DNA of 64,000 nt, taken from an uncultured Bacteroidales bacterium (GTDB lineage Bacteria; Bacteroidota; Bacteroidia; Bacteroidales; CAIXZF01). Of this stretch, positions 44,341 to 51,400 are shown in pieces (position 1 is the first letter of the stretch; each line of letters starts with the position of its first letter). The notes under the pieces were generated by a model. The model made no database searches. It worked only from the letters and a program-made list of their open reading frames with translations, and was not told the DNA's origin. A program made the translations under genes and the position numbers. Location of the stretch: contig CAZSDK010000011.1 of NCBI GenBank assembly GCA_964605655.1, forward strand, positions 37,972 to 101,971. The letters run 5' to 3'.

Positions 44341-45183
44341 ATGGATCTTTTTGTAATTAATACCGGTAACCTGAAGCTGGACGGGGGTGCCATGTTTGGC
44401 ATCATACCCAAGATATTATGGAATAAAGTCTATCCTTCCGATGAAGAAAATCGCATCAATCTTTCAATGAGATGCCTCCTCATCGTGGAGAAAGAAAAGA
44501 AAATCCTGATCGATACAGGCATTGGTGACAAACACCAGGAGAAGTTCACCCAGATGTATCAGCTCAATGGCACCAACAGCCTTGAAAAATCCCTGGCAGC
44601 TGCAGGATTTTCTCCTGCCGATATTACGGACGTCATTAACACCCATCTGCATTTCGACCATTGCGGGGGGAATACAAAACTGGACCCATCCTCTCAGAAC
44701 CTGACACCCACCTTCCCTCATGCGCATTACTGGGTCAGCAAAAGACAGTGGGAAAGTGCCAATGATCCCAACCGGAGAGAGAAGCCTTCTTTCCTTAAAA
44801 ACAACTTTTCTCCGGTCGAAGCTGCAGGACAACTGAGGTTCCTCGAAGAAGATACTTTTAAAAACTACGGTATTAAGATCCGATTTTCTGACGGACATAC
44901 CACTGGCCAATCCATCCCTGTGATCCGTTATAAAGGGAAAAAACTGGTGTACTGCGGTGACCTGATCCCAACCAGCGCACACGTTCCCTTACCATACATC
45001 ATGGGTTATGATATTCATCCCCTGCTCATCCTTGATGAGAAGTTTGACCTTCTGAAAGAGGCAGCCGACATGAGTTACATCCTCTATTTTGAACACGATC
45101 TCAATATTGAATGCTGTTCTGTGGAGATCACTGAAAGAGGATTTAAGGTATCAAAGGTATTCCAGCTTTCTGAAGTACTCTAA
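44341..45183 (+). CDS. MBL-fold metallo-hydrolase
   Basis: 280 aa with the HxHxDH motif as THLHFDHCGG and a downstream His/Asp pattern. Confidence 0.8.
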   Translation: MDLFVINTGNLKLDGGAMFGIIPKILWNKVYPSDEENRINLSMRCLLIVEKEKKILIDTGIGDKHQEKFTQMYQLNGTNSLEKSLAAAGFSPADITDVINTHLHFDHCGGNTKLDPSSQNLTPTFPHAHYWVSKRQWESANDPNRREKPSFLKNNFSPVEAAGQLRFLEEDTFKNYGIKIRFSDGHTTGQSIPVIRYKGKKLVYCGDLIPTSAHVPLPYIMGYDIHPLLILDEKFDLLKEAADMSYILYFEHDLNIECCSVEITERGFKVSKVFQLSEVL

Positions 45184-45250
45184 GCCTTCATTTCTTTACC
45201 TTCCGACGTAACATTTTTCAATTTTTTGAATAAAATAAGGTATTATTAGG

Positions 45251-45258
45251 TAACTTTG
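45251..45258 (+). promoter_or_regulatory. -7 promoter box (TAACTTTG), implying a ~215-nt leader for the giant adhesin gene
   Basis: The only TAnnTTTG match I found in the 45184-45478 gap, 221 nt upstream of ATG 45479. Confidence 0.4.
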
Positions 45259-45478
45259 CGGCCAAATTTTGTGTCTATCTACTACTTAGGTGCGAAATTT
45301 GGCGTATTAAATTGATTAACAAAGATTTAATTACCGCAAAGAATCTAATCATACTCAAATTGACTATAAACCAACATATTAGAAATTATTCATTTTCAGT
45401 TTATTAATAAGACCAACAGGTCACTTGATGGGAACCAACCGTCAGGATGACCTGTTGACTGATTTAAATCAATAACAC

Positions 45479-48400
45479 ATGAAAAAACACATTTACCTGC
45501 TGCTTACAACCACCCTGGTGTTGATTGCCGTCATGTTCACCGGCACCGCTGTTCGGGCAACCCAGATTCAGGAAATTTCAGGAGTTGTGACGGATGTTAG
45601 CTGCTATTTAGAAAATGATGGAGCCATTGACATTACGGTTACCGGGGGAATCGCTCCTTATAACTATTACTGGAGCGATGGCAGTTCCCAGGAAGACAGG
45701 GTTAATATCCTGGCAGGAATTTATACGGTGACCGTACATGATGCAGATGGACATTATGCCTCGAATTCCTTTCAGGTGAACCAACCTAGTCCTATTTACC
45801 TTGAGGTCACGGTTCTACCTCCCACCTGCTATGGAGCCAACAATGGAGGAATAGATCTCACTGTATTTGGGGGAACCGCTCCTTATACATTTTTATGGTC
45901 CAATGGCAGCACCGACGAAGACCCGCAAAACCTGGTTTCCGGCATCTACCAATTTGAAATTACCGACGTTAATGGATGTAATCTTATCGGAGATATTGAA
46001 GTGCCAGGACCAGAATTCTCCTTCGATCTTACACTCAATCCAACTGATGTACTGTGTTTTGGATCCAACACAGGAAGCATCAGCCTGAATATGTCAGGTG
46101 GTACTGCTCCCTACTCTTTCCTTTGGAGTGACGGAGTTACCGAGCAAAACAGGACTGATCTTTATGCAGGATTCTATTACGTTACCGTAACCGACGCCAC
46201 GAACAGCTGTACTGCCGGATCGGTCATTATCAACCAGCCTGACCCCCTCGATTTATTCTCCCTCCAGGAAAATGTAACCTGTGCCGGAGAACAGACGGGA
46301 ATGTTAGATATTACTGTCACTGGTGGTACCCCGGGATATAACTATTTCTGGACAAACGGACTGAATACCGAGGATTTAATTAATATCGGAATCGGATACT
46401 ATTCAGTGATCGTGGTTGATGCCAACGGATGCCAGATCACAGGCGGACCATTTACCATAACAGCACCTCCTTCTCTCAATGTTTCCTACGACCAAACGGA
46501 AGTAAGCTGCTATGGCGGTAACGACGGGACCATTTCCGTCTCCGTGACCGGAGGCATCCCTCCATATACCTATAGCTGGAGTAATGGCGATACCACAGAA
46601 AACATTGCTGATCTCACAGCCGGGACTTACAACCTTACCATTACCGACTCATTGGGTTGCACTTCCAACCAGTTTTTCCTGCTTACCGAACCCGAAGCTA
46701 TTGTTTCAAATGGCATGGTTGATCAGGTAAGCTGCTATGGAGAACATGATGGAATGATTCTACTCTATACCACAGGAGGCAATCCTCCCTACACATATTT
46801 ATGGAGCAATGGTGCTACTGTCCCTAACCTTTATTATGTCGGTCAAGGAACCTATACTGTGACCATCACCGACTCCGACAACTGCAGCGCCGTGGAAAGT
46901 TTTGTGGTTACTCAGCCTCAATTCATGTGGGCCGGCGGAGTGGTTCATCATATACATTGCCCCGGTGGAAGCGACGGAGAAATCCTTGTATCCGTCTTTG
47001 GCGGAACACCTCCTTACTCCTTCCTCTGGAATGATGGATTCACGGGTCCTATCAGACTCAACATGGCAGCCGGACATTATACCATCACTGCCACCGATGT
47101 TCAGGGTTGTTACACCTCAACCTATTTTGATGTGATCGAACCGGAACCATTTATTTATCATCCTGTAATCAATAACGTAAGCTGTTTTGGTGGTAACGAT
47201 GGAAGTATTGACATCAACCTCACCGGAGGGACCGCTGGCTATAGCTATGCATGGAATACAGGGGCTACAACCCCAGGTATCAGTGGCCTTACCATAGGAG
47301 CTTATTCTGTTACCATCACTGATTCCAGAAGTTGTACCAGTGACACTACCATTAACATCACTCAGCCTGAACTCTTGACTCTCGGCGGAACCACAGCCCC
47401 ATCCAGATGCCCTGGCCAGAACCTGGGATTCATCTACCCTGAAGTCCAAGGTGGAACCACACCTTATTCTTATCTGTGGAACGACGGCAGCACTGCCGCT
47501 ACCAGGGATTCCGTGTTCGCAGGAACCTATACCCTTACCGTCACCGATGCAGAGGGATGTGATGAAACCATGAGCTATACGGTGACTGAACCACCAGCAT
47601 TTGGGTTCAATGAAGCCATTGTTCATATCAGTTGTAACGGATTATCTGATGGTTCCATCAACACCAATTTTGAAGGTGGAACACCTCCTTACACCTTTTT
47701 ATGGTCAACTGGATCAACAGATACTTTTCTGCTTGACATCCCTTCAGGGTTTTATACGCTTACCGTGTCGGATCATGCCGGTTGTGATATCTCCAACACT
47801 TTTGAGGTCACTCAACCCGATGTACTTGATGCTTTACTTGATGTGACTGACGTGAGTTGCTTTGATGGCACCGATGGTGCTATTAACCTGGTACCCAGCG
47901 GTGGAACATTGCCCTATACTTTTCTTTGGAATACCGGTGCCACCACCGAGGACCTGGATGGTCTGGAGGCAGGTAATTACCAGGTGACCATCACCGACGA
48001 CCATGGATGTTTCTTTAAAACTGAGGCTACCATCAGTGAGCCTTCTCAACTTGTCTCCGGTGGTGATCAAACTGATAATATCTGTTATAGTGCAGCTGAA
48101 GGAACCATCACCCTGACCGTATCAGGAGGAGTACCCGCTTATTCATTCGATTGGAGTGATGGTAATGATAACCAGGATCGTACCGGACTTCTGGCAGGCG
48201 ATTACTCAGTGACGGTCACAGATCAGAATGGCTGCACCAACCTAGTCGATTTTACCATCACAGAACCGACTGCTGTTGTAGTCACCCCTTCCATTAGTCA
48301 TGTTAATTGTTTTGGCGAAAATAACGGCAGCATCACAACCCTTACTGCCGGAGGCACGCCGGAATACGAATATTTATGGAACAATGGAGAGATTACCTCC

Positions 48401-51400
48401 GACATCAGCAACCTGATCGCAGGGACCTATGAACTCACAGTGACTGACGGGAACTTATGCCAAACGGTCTTTTCTTTCGATGTCAATGAACCGGATCTTC
48501 TTCAGGCTAACGGTACCGTCACAAACATCACCTGTTTCAATGATAATGACGGCATAATCTCGCTTGATCCTCTGGGAGGCACTTCTCCTTATTCTTTTTT
48601 ATGGAATACCGGTGAAACAGACGCAGAGATCACAGACCTGGAACCAGGGGTTTATTCGGTCACTGTAACCGATGATCATTCATGTACCGACGTGGTCTCC
48701 TATGAGGTCACCCAGCCGGGTCTTCTGACCATCGATGCTACGGTGGTGCCCATCAGTTGTTATTCTGCCCATAATGGCTCTATCTCTCTTATTATAAGCG
48801 GAGGCACACCTGACTATTCTTTCGAGTGGTCCACAGGCTCCGGCCAGCAAGACCTGAGTGGTCTGGAACCGGGAACCTACAGTGTCACCGTCACGGATTC
48901 GCACAACTGCACTGCAACTGCCACCTACGATATTCTTGAACCTTCCGAAATCATCAGCCTTGTTGCCACTCCTCAAAACGTGAGTTGTAATGGAGAAAAC
49001 GACGGAATCATCAATCTGTATGTGAGCGGCGGAACTCCCGATTATTCTTATGCATGGAGCCATGGCTCCACCGATCAAAACCCTTCAGGACTGGCAGCTG
49101 GGATGTATACTGTCACTGTAACTGACAATGCGCTCCTTTGTTCCACTCTGGATGTTGAGATCACTCAACCTGATATACTCACTGGCGAAGGAGTAATCAC
49201 CGATGCCTTGTGTGCAGGCTCTGCTGATGGTACCATTACCCTGACTGTGACCGGTGGAACAGAATTATATTCCTACACATGGTCCAACGGAGCAACATCT
49301 AAGGATGTAGATGGCCTGACAGCCGGACCTTATTCAGTGACCATCACTGATGCCCACAATTGTACTAATGTCCTTTCCTTTTCAGTAGGTCAGCCAGAAG
49401 AATTATCAGCCGTTGAGGACATTACTCATATTTCTTGTAATGCGATTGCCGATGGAAAAATCGAACTTACCACCACGGGTGGAACTCCGGGATACACCTG
49501 GAATTGGAACACCGGTGATACCGATGAGGATCTTGACGGTCTGCTGCCTGGCACCTATTCAGTGACCATAACCGATACACATAACTGCAGCTTTACGGCA
49601 AACTACGAAGTCACTCAGCCAGATGTTCTGTATTTGAGCCTGGATGAACTGAACCCTGTGCTTTGCCATGGTGGGAACAATGGCTCTATCTACCTCACTA
49701 CAAACGGTGGAACGGCACCCTATACTTATTTGTGGAATGATGGTAATACCGACGAAGACAGAACAGAATTAATTGCCGGGACTTACTTTGTGACCGTAAC
49801 AGATGCCCATGAGTGTATTGACGTGAAAGAATTTTTGATGACTGAAACCAATGTTTTATCCATCAACGGAGAAATCCTCAATATTAAATGTAACGGAGCA
49901 TTGACGGGGCAGATAAACGTGACAACCACTGGTGGTTCAGAACCATATACTTACTTATGGAATGACGGAATGACCGGGGAAACACGTCAGCAACTGGCAG
50001 CAGGTATTTATCAGGTGACAGCCACCGATAACGTTGGTTGTACGGAGACAGCCACTTTTGAAGTCACACAACCTCAACTTATCACTATCACTGAGGTAAT
50101 AACGGCTGTAAGCTGCTACCATGATCATGATGGCTCTATCACCACTGAGGTTACAGGCGGTATCGAACCTTATAACTACTACTGGTCCGACGGCAGCAGC
50201 GAGCCAAATCTGGAAATGATTCTAGCCGGAACCTATACCTTAACCGTAAGCGACTTAGCGGAATGCCAGATTGTGGAGACCTACGAAGTGACTGAACCTT
50301 TGCCTGTCACTGGTAATGTGAGCCCCTCAGATCAGGTCCTCATTTGCAGTGGTAACGAAATTGTCCCCATTACTTTTGTCGCAGATTACTATCCGGAGTC
50401 TTCAGTAAGCATCGAATGGACCCGGGATCATGTTGCTGATGTGACAGGAATATCCGCTTCAGGAACAGGTCCTGTAACTGGCAGCCTGGTCAATACCACC
50501 TTTGCTGATGTGACGGTCACCATTACCATGACCGTGACGGTTAATGGATGCCCGGCAGGTGTACATACAGCCTATGTACATATTGCACCTGCATTGGATA
50601 TCGTGTTTACACACGGGCCTATCGAATGTTATGGAGATCAGGTTCTGGTGAATGTTCAGGCTATTGGTGGTATACCACCTTATACAGGCCAACAGAGCCT
50701 CTATCTTGGTGCAGGGACCTATTATTTCACCGTTCATGATTATTGGGGATGTTCCGTGACCCGTTTCCTGACACTGACCTCTCCCCCCGATCTCAATATT
50801 GGTGGTATGATTAATCCCGCCTTCTGTTCGAACCAGCCAAACGGTGCTATTATGACTTCGGTAACAGGAGGTGTCGGCCCCTATACTTACCTCTGGTCAG
50901 ACGGAAGTACCAACGTGAACAGGGTCAACGTTGTATCAGGAATGTATACTGTTACAGTAACCGACGCCAACGAGTGTGCCAAAACACATACCTATAACTT
51001 AGGGTCCTATTTTGTTGCCCCTCAGGCATTCCTCAATGCCTCTCCTGTCGGTTGCTATGGACAGCCAAATCCTCTTTACATCAACCTTACAGGCACCCCT
51101 CCATGGAATATTGTGTACACCGATGGGACCAACTCCTACCCCGTAACTGGGATCAATACGATGAATTATGTGGTTTATCATACGATCAATCAACCCACTA
51201 CTTTCCAGCTGGTATCAGTTACTGACATTCATTGCAGTGGAAACATCAACAGCATGCCTGTTACCATAACACCGGTAACACCTCCGACAGCCTCCATGGT
51301 GGTTCCTCAGCCCATCTGTAAAGGAGAAACCTCGAATATAACGGTCAACTTCACCGGTACTGCCCCCTGGGACTTCACCTGGAATGATGGCAGCAATCAC

